Origin: Yuukianura sp. NJ FZ-2021
Taxonomy: Eukaryota
Assembly: GCA_046563655.1 (NCBI GenBank)
Contig: CM102285.1
Location: forward strand, 3,782,001-3,846,000
Direction of reading: 5' to 3'
DNA: 64,000 bases
In this document: in pieces, positions 37,700 to 50,185 of the stretch
Layout of the letters: each line of letters opens with the position of its first letter
Numbering within the stretch: position 1 is the first letter of the stretch
Translations under genes and position numbers: made by a program
Notes under the pieces: model-generated
Databases searched by the model: none
Seen by the model: only the letters and a program-made list of their open reading frames with translations
Told to the model about the DNA's origin: nothing

Positions 37700-38560
37700 T
37701 TTTTTGTCCAAAACTTATTAATGTTCGTCTAAAAACGCAAGACAGTTTATTTATCTTCAAAATTAAATATTTTTGATTTTTTCGGCGCGGGTTGCATTGC
37801 GCGTGTGCAACATCATGTATACACCGGCGCCTGAGCGGATTATTTTGAGACTTAATGTCACTGCAGTGTCATTGGCCGAAAATAATTTCTTATTTTCACT
37901 TTTTACTCTTACCATGTTTCTGTTCACTGTTTTCCTTTTAGTTAATTAATCCCACTTCTTATTGTTGTGTTAGTTGCCAAAATACACAAAGCAGAGAGCA
38001 AATTAGAGAAAAAATTAAGCAAATCGACCCATAGAAAGAAGAAAAAATGAAGAAGTTATCGAAAACCTAGACTTATCGTTTGGCTAGAAAACTAGGGTAA
38101 TCCAATTTCGGCTTTGGGACATTCGAGTTGTGGGACTTCTTGAGTATGCCAAAAAGTGCCCGCTGGCAGGAGTTATTTGAAGTTCAGAAAATCATTTGTG
38201 AGGCGATTACTGTTGACAAAATGGTTCAACTTTGGCCTGCATACTGTCAAAATTTTGAGGAACTGGAAGCTCTAATCATGATAGGGAAAAAAAGCACTGA
38301 GCAGTTTATTAGGAACACCATTCATCCAATAATTATGGAACTTGGGAATGATTCCTCTTATTTCGAGATTAGTTTTGATGATTTAGGTTCGGATAATTAG
38401 GGGGTCACAAGCGATATAGCACAGACTGTATTCAACCTTGTGAAAGAAAGTCAGTAACGAATGGCAACAACTAAAAAGTTAAGTAAACAAACTGTCTTGC
38501 GTTTTTAGACGAACATTAACATTTTGAAACAAGTAAATATTATGACAAGAGACATTTTGT
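37700..38560. mobile_element. Degenerate TIR element / inverted repeat pair
   Basis: TTAATGTTCGTCTAAAAACGCAAGACAGTTT (~37718) and its reverse complement (~38489-38519); a short internal ORF (38128-38400) is unassigned. Confidence 0.5.
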
Positions 38561-38880
38561 GATGGCTGGGAAATGGAATAAGATTTCTCTAAACAAAGAC
38601 TACGAAACGCCCAAGGCAACTAAACAAAAAGACACACGCGCTTTCTAAGGTAGCCTCACGAGCCGTTTTTTAATTGAAGGGCTTCGCGGAAAAACAACCA
38701 AACAGATTTTTGGTTTAGCGTAAGTTGCACAAAACTTGTTTGTAAGCAAAGTTGGAAACGAATTTGGAAGTGTGAAATAATTCGCATGTAAACTGTTTAT
38801 TGATTGAAAGTCTCTCTGTCAGTCTGTCTGTCGGTCAACCGCTAAAAGATTGCCAGTACAAAACACGAATATCCGGACTC

Positions 38881-40483
38881 TTGGAAAAAGTCAGGATTAG
38901 GCTAACAAATTCATTACAGTGCATTTTCCTTTTTTATGGAAATTTATAAAATTCCAAAGTATTGATTTTTAAAAACACCATCACACCTTCTAACTTTCTA
39001 CAGAAGGACTTTTGGAAAAAGTCAGGATTAGGCTAACAAATTCACTACAGTGCATTTTCCTTTTTTATGGAAATTTAAAAAATTCCAAAATATTGATTTT
39101 TAAAAGCACCATCACACCTTCTAACTTTCTACAGAAGGATTTTTGGAAAAAGTCAGGATTAGGCTAACAAATTCACTACAGTGCATTTTCCTTTTTTATG
39201 GAAATTTAAAAAATTCCAAAATATTGATTTTTAAAAACACCATCACACCTTCTAACTTTCTACAGAAGGATTTTTGGAAAAAGTCAGGATTAGGCTAACA
39301 AATTCACTACAGTGCATTTTCCTTTTTTATGGAAATTTATAAAATTCCAAAATATTGATTTTTAAAAACACCATCACACCTTCTAACTTTCTACAGAAGG
39401 ATTTTTGGAAAAAGTCAGGATTAGGCTAACAAATTCACTACAGTGCATTTTCCTTTTTTATGGAAATTTACAAAATTCCAAAATATTGATTTTTAAAAAC
39501 ACCATCACACCTTCTAACTTTCTACAGAAGGATTTTTGGAAAAAGTCAGGATTAGGCTAACAAATTCACTACAGTGCATTTTCCTTTTTTATGGAAATTT
39601 ACAAAATTCCAAAATATTGATTTTTAAAAACACCATCACACCTTCTAACTTTCTACAGAAGGACTTTTGGAAAAAGTCAAGATTAGGCTAACAAATTCAC
39701 TACAGTGCATTTTCCTTTTTTATGGAAATTTATAAAATTCCAAAATAATGATTTTTAAAAACACCATCACACCTTCTAACTTTCTACAGAAGGATTTTTG
39801 GAAAAAGTCAGGATTAGGCTAACAAATTCACTACAGTGCATTTTCCTTTTTTATGGAAATTTACAAAATTCCAAAATATTGATTTTTAAAAACACCATCA
39901 CACCTTCTAACTTTCTACAGAAGGATTTTTGGAAAAAGTCAGGATGAGGCTAACAAATTCACTACAGTGCATTTTCCTTTTTTATTGAAATTTAAAAAAT
40001 TCCAAAATGTTGATTTTTAAAAACACCATCACACCTTCTAACTTTCTACAGAAGGACTTTTGGAAAAAGTCAGGATTAGCCTAACAAATTCACTACAGTG
40101 CATTTTCCTTTTTTATAGAAATTTATAAAATTCCAAAATATTGATTTTTAAAAACACCATCACACCTTCTAACTTTCTACAGAAGGACTTTTGGAAAAAG
40201 TCAAGATTAGGCTAACAAATTCACTACAGTGCATTTTCCTTTTTCATGGAAATTTATAAAATTCCAGAATATTGATTTTTAAAAACACCATCACACCTTC
40301 TAACTTTCTACAGAAGTACTTTTGGAAAAAGTCAGGAATAGGCGAAACAAATTCTCTACAGTGCATTTTCCTTTTTTATGGAAATTTAAAAAATTCCAAA
40401 ATGATGATTTTTAAAAACACCATCACACCTTCTAACTTTCTACAGAAGGACTTTCGGAAGAAGATTAGGCTAACAAATTCACT
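38881..40483. repeat. 131-bp tandem satellite, 12 full copies plus a partial copy
   Basis: GGAAAAAGTCAGG starts at 38883, 39014, 39145 ... 40324 (spacing 131); units are near-identical. Confidence 0.97.
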
Positions 40484-41143
40484 AAAGTCAGCGCAAAAAT
40501 ACTAAAGAAGTAGACATCCATCAACACTAATGAAGAAATCTAACGCTTTCTTAACCGAAATCTGTAAATCGTTTTTTCCCAGACCCCTGTTTACGTCTTC
40601 AAAACTTTAAAACAACGTGTTATCCTGCTGTAAACCCAGTTTTGCTGGCTATCCCTTGTTTCAGCATTTTGTCCAGGTTATATCCACTGGAAAAATGGTT
40701 TTATCCGGATGAAATCCAGTTTTCGCTGGATGAAATGCGATTTCGTCAGTATAAAACCAATAAACTTCGGATATATCCACTACTTATCCAGTAAACAATA
40801 CCGAAATGGCTTCCCGTACGTTTCTGCAAACGAAGAGACACGCAATGAAAATTGTAAGACGCACTTGTCTCGGACGTTAATTTAAGCGAAAAATTTTCAT
40901 CTGAAAGTATGTCTGCGTATTCCTTCTATCATAGAAATCAGATTAATTTGTAAAATCTCAAACAACAAAAACTCCCTTTCGCTCCTCCGATAATACTGTT
41001 TCCGATTTGCAGAATTTGAAAATATTATTGCAAAAGTTTGTTCCCACAGGGACGAGTAGCCACTCTACGATTTGTGTCAATTTGCACATGCACAACTTTT
41101 TTTGAAATTCTGTTTGGTGGTTTTTCCACAAACGCCTTCAATT

Positions 41144-41483
41144 GTTTTTTGCGAAAGTTATAGTGGGGTGGTATCCAGGGAGATTAATTTGTGCAAAAGT
41201 TGGTTGGGGTAACGATATGTGTTACTTGTAACCAGTGTTCGATATTTGGCACAAAATGAACTATTTGCCATTGAGTTGTAATGAATTTTTAGTAATTATA
41301 AGCGTAAAACTTGTATAATTCCATTTTCCAATCTTTAAACCGATCTAAACTACAGGTCTGATGATTGGTTACAACGGATGGTTACAATGGATAAATTTAC
41401 TTTGTTGTCCAACCGAAATAAAACGTTGTCACAGGAAAGTAAAAAAACAAGCAATCCGCCCCACTATAACTTTCGCAAAAAAC
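41144..41483. mobile_element. MITE with a 25-bp perfect TIR and an AATT target-site duplication
   Basis: GTTTTTTGCGAAAGTTATAGTGGGG ... CCCCACTATAACTTTCGCAAAAAAC, with AATT on both sides; removing it restores the outer inverted repeat. Confidence 0.8.
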
Positions 41484-42208
41484 AATTAAAAAACGGCTCG
41501 TGAGACTACCTTAGTAATACGGTATGTCTTTTTGTTTAGTTGCCTTGGAAACGCCTTCTGGATTTATAAGAATCATGCCCTAACCATACAATCTTCGTTG
41601 ATTTTTACACCAAAAATGGATTTTTTTTCTTCTGAAACCCGATGTTATAACATTACGTTTTCAAATGGCAGTTCAGCATTTCATTTGTATCAAAGTTGTA
41701 GAAAAAATGTGATCTAATCCCAAAGAATGCTTAATGGTATACAAAAAAAAATACGTAACTTATCAAGCCAACAATTGACACCAAGATCTCAAAGCGGTCA
41801 AAATAGGACCAAAAACCATCTATATTTGTTACAAAACTCAGATGACATTTTTTGAAGTAATTGCCAACTGGTTTATTCTTTATACTTCCACTAGAGCCAT
41901 CTCGGACGTCATCAAAATGCATTTGAAGTGAAAGACAAAATTGAAATGAACAAAAGTGTACTGAATGTACTACAAAAATTTAATGTTGTAACCGTTGCGC
42001 AGTAAATGAAGGATTTAATTTGTTCAATTTAAAACTTTGGAAATAACAAAACAGAAAAATGATTATTTACCAATTTTTAGGTAGCTATAGCAAAAGCTAA
42101 ACTATGCAGTCAGTACTTCACATAGCTTACTGACATATACAGCTTATAATTTTCACGTCCTATTTATCGTGTATGTATCATTTTTTTTAAATCATGTATC
42201 ATCTCATT

Positions 42209-43805
42209 TCAAACTGGAAATAGTTTGAACTTCATTTTCTGCTCAGTCACTGTCCCAAAATATACATAGTTTCTTAGACAAGTATGGATCACTTCGGCGT
42301 CAAATTCCGTGACAAACTGCTTTACAAATACTTTTATATTGTTCAACGAAATGTATTTGCCTGGACAAGCATGAACTCCTTTGGACCACACAAAAACGGA
42401 GTTGGGGTCGACTGACTCTATGTTTTCTTCAGCTAAGAATCTTTCAGGATTGTACTGTTGGGTCTGCGCAAAACCGTTTTCATCTAGCTCTGTTTGAAGG
42501 AAGAATCCTGGGATTGTCACGACGTCCACGTCACCCACAAAGTAACGGCCAAGTACCGCCTCTTTGTGGGGTACACGTGAAATTACACCCGCACTAACAT
42601 TTAACCGAAGAGCTTCTATGACACAAGCATGGAGGAGTTTGTTCCGTAAAGTCTCATCGATACTTGCGCCCCGCAATTCCATACGTAAACGGTACCAAAG
42701 ATCTGGTCGGTACGTAAGTTCCTTTAGAGTATGACTTATTGACGCCGCTGGAACAGAAGTTAGCGCGACATGGATAAATAATAAAGTGGGGCAAATTTTT
42801 TCCAGAAACAATTTCCCATTTCCGTCGGCATCCATTGATGGAAAGTCCACAGTTTTTCGAATCAAGACAGAGTCATTTTTTTCTGGGTTTTCAACGTATT
42901 TGCGCACAATCGAAATCATGCCTTCAATGTACTTTTGTCTCCAGTGAATTACGATTCGCTGAAAAGTGTTGTCTATGAGTTTCTTTGGAAAAATCTTTCT
43001 CAGGTAGACTGTTATTGTCATCCAGTAGTAAAAAGAATCGTAAGCTTTTGATATTGCTGGTGTAATGTCAACTGCAAACGTAGCTTTAAAGATTGCTGCA
43101 ACATACGTTCTGCGCATAACGTCTTGCATGTCTATAACTCCAATTTTTTCTTTAACAATCTTTCTTTTCAAGTCTTGTAATGTTCTCCCTATTTCTTCTG
43201 TAACGGAGTGCAATAATTCTGACCTGTGCGCAACAAACGAACTTTTGATTAACTCCGTCGTAAGCGTTGGGTTTTTGCGCATCCCGTCGCCGTCCACAAA
43301 ACATTGAACTACACCGGAATGAGCCATGAACTTGTTAAATGAAAGTTGAGATTCGCCGGCAATGAAGTACTCCTTGATCAAGTCTCGCGTGCAAACAACA
43401 GTCATTCGATGTAAACCGAGTTTGATGGTGAATATTTTCCCATAACGCTTGTAGCATGAGAACAAGAAGCGTTTGGGGTCAAGGGTCATGTGACCCAGAT
43501 GACCAATTAATGGTATCCAGGAAGGTACCGTAGGAGCGATCAGCAATTCAGAGTTTCTGTCGCTCTTAAGATTTTGCCTTTGTTGTAGCCGGTTGGCGAA
43601 GATTAACATTAATGTTAACGATACTATCAGCAGAATATCAGAATACCTGGAAATGAGAAGAGAAAGTGAGGTCTAATGCCTAACAAGTATCTATTCCATC
43701 ATACGCATTAATTAAATGATAATTAATATACTAGATTAATTAAACGCGAAATTGTTTTATGTTTCACCACGATGGCGTTGAAGCAAAGGTGCTGGTATAA
43801 TCCAT
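42209..43805 (-). CDS. Cytochrome P450, atypical (CYP51/CYP7-like N-terminus)
   Basis: Exon 1 43768-43805 splices in phase 2 to exon 2 (43646-42209), giving a TM anchor. Pro-rich APTVPSWIPLIGH, ExxR (IEALRL), PERF (YNPERFL), heme motif WSKGVHACPG; TATA-like element at ~43908. Confidence 0.92.
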
Positions 43806-44359
43806 TGCTATTTTTTTCAGTTTCTTTGAATAACGAAGTTGTAAAATAGTTCAAAGTTGTGAAAATGGTTGTCTTGATGCTTCGCAAAAGATGGGAAAAT
43901 GCTGTCTATTTATAACTCCAAAAATTCATTTCTCTCTGTTAATTACAGTTTTGAAAAAGCAGTTAGCGATGCAAACCCAGTTTCAAGGTATAGAATAATC
44001 GAATAGTATAGAATATCATCAGTTATAGTTAGATTAGACTCCGAATATTATAGTTTAATAAAAATGGTTGAATATGATAGACCTTTTAGTATTATCTCTC
44101 ATAAAAAAATGGGCTTAAAATTTTTAGTACTTTTTATATTTTTATTCATACGTCCCTCTTATCTCACTTACCAACAGAGGTACTAAACAGAAGTGAATTG
44201 TAATGAAAGAAATGGAAATTACAAGATCATGAACCACAGCTCAGTGCGTTATTTTGCAGTTAATATTCGAATAAAGGCGTGCATTTGTTATGTTTAAAGT
44301 GCATCACATTTCACCTCACACATCACATCACAATTGTTGGATTTGCAGTTAAAAAATTA

Positions 44360-45250
44360 ACATTTAACAACGCATATCAAATTCCCATACTTACCGTCTT
44401 TTGCGCATGCATCAGCTCAGGATGGGCTGCACCTCCTGCTGCTGCAAAAATGGAGTCACCCAAGTACGGAGAACCAAAATGCGCCACCGTCACTGCAGCA
44501 AGCAACCTCTTATCCTCTTGGGTACAAATTTATTATTTTATTTTAATCAAAATTATTCAGATTCAGATCTTGTGAGATTTACAGTTCGAAATTTCATTTG
44601 CACAGATTTCGAAAATTCCAGCCTCGTATGTTCCAATGGCGAGTGCGCATGTATACCTTACTTGGGTCGAGTACGAACCAATCTTCAACCCCTGACAAGC
44701 TACCCGGGTTATGTCTGAAGCTTCTGGTTTTCGCTCCCGCCAAGGCCAAACCAAATACGCCGTACATGATTATTCTCGCCGGCGGTTAACAGTCCTACAA
44801 ATATACCGCCAAGTCTCCGCATCATCAAGCATGTGAAGGTGTGCCTGCTTCGCCCAACTACACTCCTGGAGGCAACCAACACAAAATTCACAATTTCGAA
44901 GTTTTGTGCTTCTTTTTCAAATTCTAGCAAATTTTATGGTTTTCGGTACAAGTGCTAACTGTTATTTGTTTGAATTTCAGTTGAATGGGATGAAACGCTT
45001 GTCCAACGGATAACGCGGTGATTTGAAAACAAAAATTACTTGAAATATTTTACTTTTTAGTTGTAAATATATAACTTAAAAAACCGGTCCAGTGTATCCG
45101 GAATCAACTCAAGGCATGGTTTGTCATGATCCCAACAAGTCGACCTTTCTCAGGATGTCAAGAAAGAATTATTGGGGAATGGCAGTGAAACTTGGATTTG
45201 ACAAGAAGTTTGGATCCATGGTGTTTTACGACAAGTGCCCAGAAGGAAAA
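44360..45250 (+). pseudogene. Possible degraded gene for a small secreted Cys-rich protein
   Basis: Signal-peptide-like ILTVFCACISSGWAAP without a good ATG, Cys-rich LVCSNGECAC exon, further broken exon-like pieces. Confidence 0.3.
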
Positions 45251-46305
45251 CTTTCAACCTCCTTCCATCATTTGAAAAAGAATAATAAATTATTTGTGTT
45301 TTAGCATTCCAAGTAATTTTTATGTCAAATCACTTTGGACTTGAAGTCTTTCTTTTCTAAGAGATTTGAATCCGTGATGTTTCCACTCATCTTGACGACG
45401 GTTATGAAAAATTGCGTATGCTTATAGATATTGAATCGGTTTAGCAATTAGTTGTTAAACCTCAAGGTTTTGCTATCCACTAGAATTACTAAAGAATACC
45501 TGCACTATTGCTTACGGTTTTGCAAGTTTTAGTAAAGTCGCTTACTTCGAGATATAGGGAGAACTTTTTTTTTCAATTCAGTTAAATAAAGCAACCCACG
45601 TGAGTTGTCATAAGCAAGAAATTACATGAAATGTAATTACTGGCTTTGAAAAACTTAATTGAATTTCAAAAGTTCTGAAAATAGATCAATAAGAAATAAT
45701 TTAAAGAAAAAAAATAATTAATGAACTAAACGTGTAAATAAATTAAAATATTAAAAAAAAACAACATATTATTTATATTTTAGCATTGCAAGTAGTTTTT
45801 GCGTTAAATCCCTACGAACTTGAAGCAAAGTCTTTCTTTTCTCAGGTTTTCGAATCTCCCGATGCTTCCACTGATTCAGATGCACATTATAAAACTTGCG
45901 CATACATTTTGAGTTGTTTAGCAGTGGTGGTACAATTTTTATTATTCTTTTTTTGTCAGCTCAAGGTTCTGCTGTCTTCTAGACTTAATGCAGAATATCT
46001 GCACTATAGCTTATGGCTTTGCGACTTTTAATAAAGTTCCTATACAGAAGTTCGAAGCAGAACTTTCTTCTTAGAATTTAATAAACTTCAACGAAGCACA
46101 AAGCTGCTAAACTTTAGACTGTTATTAATAAATGGCAGGAATCAAACCGATTTCTTTACATTTGGAGGCTACCTTGCATTTTCAATTAACTTTTCAAAAA
46201 AGAAGACGAAGGTAAGGCAGAGACGACGTCGTCTGTACAAATTACATATAAAAGAAAAATGAAGATCTAAAAAAAATTTTTTTTATATGTTAAGGATTTC
46301 TTTGA

Positions 46306-47871
46306 GTGAGCGGAAAGATAGAGTCAAAAATGTTTACACGTCCAGGTTTAGGAGAAAATGCAAAATTGGGAGATTTATATGACTGCCGGCGTGATAGTTT
46401 CATTGGAAAACAAATTTTTGTGACAGAAGAGCTTCCGGATGTGCTGCGTACTGTAACGTACAAACAGTGTCTTAACAAAAGCGTATTACAAGGTGACAAA
46501 ATTTCTGACAAATTGAAATACATGGGTATAAACGAATTCATGGGTGTAAACGTTCTTGCCGGACTCATTCCACGAGAAGGAGTTGGAAAATATTTACAAA
46601 CGCAAAAACGTTACGCAAGAAACGAAAGTATTACTGGCAAGTATGAAGCAATATATAAAAGTGAAAAAATCAACATTTACGAACCAACGCTCCCGAATAT
46701 CATCGACATTGATGGACTTAAAGACTCCGGAGCAACTCATTTTTTGGCGGAAATTACATGGGGAGCCACTCTTCTTATAACAACGACATACGAAAATGGA
46801 AATAATGAAGAGAAACAAGACATTCTTTCAGCGTTTCAGAAATCTTTCGATAGATTCTACTTGGGCACAGAGAAATTGAATCAAAGTCGGCGTAGGAGGT
46901 CCAAAACTGTTCGAAATACTTCCCTTCGTCTGGTGAGTGACGCACTACCTGAAAGTCCAGTGTCAGTGAGACATCACGAAGTTCAAACTTACATTCACAG
47001 TTTTTTCACTAGCCCAGCCATTGTTGCCGACGGAAAACAAGTCACTTACTGTCTTGTTCCATTGATTTTTCTAAAGGATCAACATGGCTTGGAAATAAAA
47101 ACCAACACAAGCAGTCAATTGAGTTCGCAAATTGCTTTGTCCATACTGGAACTGTTTGATGAAATTGAAGCTGGAAAACTGTTAATGAATGAATTTGATG
47201 ACGACAATGCGGATTCTGAACATACCTTGACTAGAGAAGCCATTTGCAAGATTCAAGATTTGGAATCTAAGTTTTGGCGAGATTTTGAAATCCTCGTCCG
47301 TCAGATTAGCCTTGGAGGAAAATGTGCTGCTGAACTTGAAAAAGTTGTTGAACATTATGAACATATGTATTTCTCGCCATTGATGGTCATTTGTGACTTT
47401 CCAAAAACAGGAATGAGGGAAAAAATTGAAGTGTACCGTATTTTGCGTCAACTCAATGTGATATTTATTTCACTTCAAGAACCTCGTACCGCTCCTGATT
47501 TTGCGTTCAGATTCACTGAATTTATATACAAAGACAACAAAAATACGTACGTCTTCATTGCAGGACGTGAGATAGTCGCCAGGAAGATTGACTATTATTT
47601 CTCCAACATTATATGGAAATACAAAATAGCAAAAGAATACAAACGTCGGCGAAATAAAAATCAAATGTTTTTGTCTCTGATCAAAGGGGATCATGATAAA
47701 TCAAGATTTATTTATCTCAATCCTGATATAACTTTTGTCGGAGGTGAAATATCGCAAATCCGCCAGTACAAGGATTACAAATTGCTTGTCAAAGACGTCT
47801 ATAGAAATCATCGTAGGATTTTCTCTGCCTCTCCCCGTCCAAACAAAGTTTTGGCAAGGTTCACGTTTTAA
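46306..47871 (+). CDS. Stonustoxin/neoverrucotoxin-like protein (SNTX MACPF/CDC-like N-terminal domain)
   Basis: RPGLGENAKLGDLYDCRRDSFIG resembles the SNTX LGR...LGMLYDCRRD motif; also VLAGLI...GVGKYL and ATHFLAEITWGA (ATHVV..I.YGA). The start is either ATG 46330 or a small upstream exon 46132-46211. Confidence 0.75.
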   Translation: MSGKIESKMFTRPGLGENAKLGDLYDCRRDSFIGKQIFVTEELPDVLRTVTYKQCLNKSVLQGDKISDKLKYMGINEFMGVNVLAGLIPREGVGKYLQTQKRYARNESITGKYEAIYKSEKINIYEPTLPNIIDIDGLKDSGATHFLAEITWGATLLITTTYENGNNEEKQDILSAFQKSFDRFYLGTEKLNQSRRRRSKTVRNTSLRLVSDALPESPVSVRHHEVQTYIHSFFTSPAIVADGKQVTYCLVPLIFLKDQHGLEIKTNTSSQLSSQIALSILELFDEIEAGKLLMNEFDDDNADSEHTLTREAICKIQDLESKFWRDFEILVRQISLGGKCAAELEKVVEHYEHMYFSPLMVICDFPKTGMREKIEVYRILRQLNVIFISLQEPRTAPDFAFRFTEFIYKDNKNTYVFIAGREIVARKIDYYFSNIIWKYKIAKEYKRRRNKNQMFLSLIKGDHDKSRFIYLNPDITFVGGEISQIRQYKDYKLLVKDVYRNHRRIFSASPRPNKVLARFTF

Positions 47872-48371
47872 TCTTATGTTACTTAAATTTAATTCCTGAC
47901 TTTAAGAAACTGAATTTAATTTAATAAAATTAGCAGAGCAATCAATAAGCAACAATGAAAGAGAAATGAGTTAAACGTTGCTAAAATATAGTAGTACTTC
48001 TATGTGTTTAAAACTGTTTGATTTAAAATTAAATTATGCGCCTCCAAGTAGTACTCTTCAGGTTAATTCAAATAACATTATGTATATGTGAAACGTACGT
48101 TTCCCAGAACTATGTCTATAATAGTTTCCCTAATATATTCTGAGCATTACCAAAACTTATGCGTCTTAACACTGACAAAATGGAATGTGTTACTGAAAAT
48201 CACTACCTGCTCAACATCGTGCTTAGAATTGTCATAATCTTTTAAAATTTAAATTTTTAGAAAACAAAATTAAGTAGAAGTTTAACTCTCACTTTTGACT
48301 TAGTCTGCACATCTTCATCACGGTACAACTTTTTTCTGTTGATTCAGTAAGAACTTTGTTTAACTGCAAAC

Positions 48372-50185
48372 ATGGGCTACTATCATGGATCCAGGAAAAG
48401 ACAATACTATGCTGGTTTTGCAGCAAATTTGGCAGTGATGAACATTGGCACTCGTTGGTCTTGGACAGCAACTGGAATTCCGGATATCAATTCAAGTAAA
48501 GCCCCTGTATTGCGTCCATTGGTTTCCAGTGATGAAGCTTGGTCACTGCCACTGTTTTTGTAAGTTTTGCGCAATTATAAAATAAGTGACAAACATAACT
48601 CACAAATGAATTAGCTAGTGTATTGTAAACTGCATTGTAACTACAACTAAACAACATTCCATAAAATTCTCTTTTTAAATTAAAAACTTCATAACTCCGC
48701 TATCATCAGGCGTAAAATTAGACGAATCTTTAAGGTTCCCGGACTTTGCACGCTCATGTCGTTTTTATGACAAAACAAGGTATGATACCCGCTTGTGAAA
48801 GCGGGGCTAGCTTTTATGGTAGTGTATACGAATACACATAGAAAAACGTATCACTTTTGGGAACCCTCTACCCATTTCAGATACACGCTGACCCGCTTGG
48901 ACTATTTCTATGAAAATATCCTACCCTACCCTCTGCCAAGTCGGAAATCCCTTAAAACTACCCGTCCATCCAATTAATGTTTAACATGTAGGGACAACAA
49001 TTTACTGTGGAACTTAATTGTTTTTGGTGCCAAAGGTCACAGAATTAAAGCGCCATACGTCAACCGAGTCCATTTGACCGCCTCTTTCGAAGGATACATC
49101 ACATGCCTATGTTTTTGTGTAGTTATTATGGGGTCACCGCCTTAGATCAAAGGTCACAGGTGAATATCATATATCAATTGACTGCATTTGACTTTGAACC
49201 TCCCCTTTCGAACAACGTATCATATGCCTATGTTCTGTTTAATTCTATATGAGGTAACCGCTCTGGATCAAGGTTCAAAGGTCACAGGTCATCGTGTCAT
49301 ACATAAATCCACTCCACTGGACCTCCCCTTTCGAATGATATATTGCATGTGTGGGTTTGGTTTAATTCTATGTGAGGTCACCGCTCTGGGTCAAGGGTCA
49401 AAGGTCATAGTTCATTGTGTCATACGTCAATCAACTCCGTTCAACCTTCCCGTTCGAATGATACATCACATGCCTATGTTCGGTTTAATTCTATGTCAAG
49501 TCACCGCTCTGGGCGGGGTCAAAGGTCACAGGTCAATGTGTCATACATCAATCGACTGCATTTGACTTCTGCTTTCGAATGACATGTCACTTGCCTGTGT
49601 TTGGTATGATTCTGTGTGGCCATCGCGCTAGGTCAAGGGTCAAAGGTCACAGGTCAAGATGTGACATAGCCTACGGTCTTCGGGGTGACCTCACGAAGAA
49701 AAGGATACCTCATTTGTCCAAATCGGTCCAGTAGTTTCGGAGGAGTAGAGGAACAGACACACAGATAAACAGGGTCTCGATTTTATATAAGTAGATATTT
49801 TCATTTTTTAATAGCTGGGCGCGGTTGCTGCTGGTCTGCTTTCCGGATTTTTCATACACACGTTTGACTTAAAGAAGAGCATTCTCACTTTGGCTGCTCC
49901 ATTGGTAGGAGGCTTGGTTTTAATAACTTTCTCTTCTAATTTCTGAATGTTGTTGACTGAAAGACTACTTACAGGTATTAGAACTTTTTTGTTAATTCAC
50001 AATTCATATTAATCAATTAACTTGCAATTATCTGTTTTTTAAAACAAAATTTCAAGGTTTTGTACTGGTGAAGTTGGAATGGCAGTGTCAGATTTTATTG
50101 CGGAAACGACGGAAGTTGAGATCCGAGGAAAACTTGGATTTGGTTACGATTTGCTGGGATCTCTTGGCCGACTTTACATGTATAA
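48372..50185 (+). pseudogene. Tret1-like MFS sugar transporter pseudogene (N-terminal part)
   Basis: Fragments FAANLAVMNIG..WSWTATGIPD, LGAVAAGLLSGFF...TFSSNF*MLLTERLLTG (TGA at 49944-49946) and FIAETTEVEIRGKLG (sugar-porter signature); probable frameshift near 50058; remainder missing. Confidence 0.75.
48776..49795 (-). mobile_element. Non-autonomous Helitron
   Basis: Minus strand starts A|TCTACTTATATAAAA...CTGTGTGTCTGT...CTACTGGACCGATTT and ends CTTG|T, with a 7-bp GC-rich hairpin (CCCGCTT-GTGA-AAGCGGG, 48788-48805) just before the 3' end; no TSD; internal ~120-bp GGTCAAAGGTCA repeats. Confidence 0.8.

Larger units (their letters stand above)
38611..41548. mobile_element. Long inverted repeats bracketing the 131-bp satellite
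   Basis: CCAAGGCAACTAAACAAAAAGACA...TAAGGTAGCCTCACGAGCCGTTTTTTAATTGAAGG...AAACAGA (38611-38707) recurs inverted at ~41107-41143 plus 41484-41548. Confidence 0.65.

Noticed and set aside
38881-40483. Regularly spaced repeats as a CRISPR or coding repeat
   Set aside because: Whole 131-bp units are repeated without spacers, and the unit length is not a multiple of 3.
38646-41513. Kolobok-like element with (C/T)TAA|GG termini
   Set aside because: The inverted homology extends further out (to at least 38611/41548), so these are not the true termini.
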